Source: Massalongia carnosa
Lineage: Eukaryota
NCBI GenBank assembly: GCA_965645245.1
Contig: OZ287072.1
Location: 1,054,001-1,118,000, forward strand
Direction of reading: 5' to 3'
DNA length: 64,000 nt
Both the position numbers and the translations under genes were made by a program. The notes under the pieces are model-generated. The model was not told where the DNA came from. It saw nothing but the letters and a program-made list of their open reading frames with translations, and made no database searches. Of this stretch, positions 63,670 to 64,000 are shown piece by piece (position 1 is the stretch's first letter; each line of letters begins with the position of its first letter).

Positions 63670-64000
63670 CCGTATTAATTGACATATAAGACCCTGGTTT
63701 TATAAGGGGTGGTCCGTCAAAGGGTCAATTAGAACAGGGTTTTATAGGTAGGGGGTTTTTATAAGTGGGTGAGGTTTTATAGGGGGGCTAGATATTAGTC
63801 AGCTGGAGAGACAACGCGAAAACGCATACTAATTTAATATTTCTCCCCGATTTTCGACCTTTGGCATGCTCTTTCCATTCATTATTCATCTAAATTCGTC
63901 CTATCATCAACCAATTATATGATTATTGCTTCTTCTCATGTTCAGAATCCTGCTCAGGCTTCGATTCAGCCTCGTCCTAGGCCAACTTCGAAGCCGTCTG
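63670..64000 (+). mobile_element. 5' end of a second, related pogo-type transposon, truncated by the window
   Basis: TA at 63668-63669, then CCGTATTAATTGACATATAAG (17/21 identical to the 15551 TIR); GGTTTTATA repeats at 17-18 bp period; + strand ORF from ATG 63919 open to the window end. Confidence 0.7.

Noticed and set aside
1..64000. tRNA, rRNA, Starship captain recombinase or secondary-metabolite backbone gene
   Set aside because: None recognised by eye; tRNAscan-SE, Rfam and HMM searches would be needed to exclude small RNAs.

Overview
Gene-dense, intron-containing nuclear DNA from a filamentous ascomycete (Pezizomycotina; short GT-AG introns with CTRAY branch sites; no prokaryotic features). 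Apparently intact genes: Inp1, a CAP/SCP secreted protein, a UsgS-like membrane protein, a hydrophobin-like 8-Cys secreted protein visible only after splicing, a Ser/Thr kinase, Iec3, a Nop13-like RRM protein, a GT-like type II membrane protein, a serine racemase/dehydratase, ILV5, ICL1, an OTU deubiquitinase, a thiol/halide methyltransferase, two C2H2 proteins, a small membrane protein and a secreted SnoaL/NTF2-like protein. Mobile DNA: a complete Tc1 (DD34E) element, a complete intron-containing pogo-type (DD35D) element, the 5' end of a related pogo element at the right edge, and a 248-bp CAC...GTG MITE with a 5-bp target-site duplication. Decaying genes include a pepsin-fold membrane protein, a UMP/CMP-kinase-like gene and fainter HET, NACHT-ankyrin, NB-ARC-TPR and kinase relics. 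All calls come from manual translation and remembered family motifs; no database search was run.
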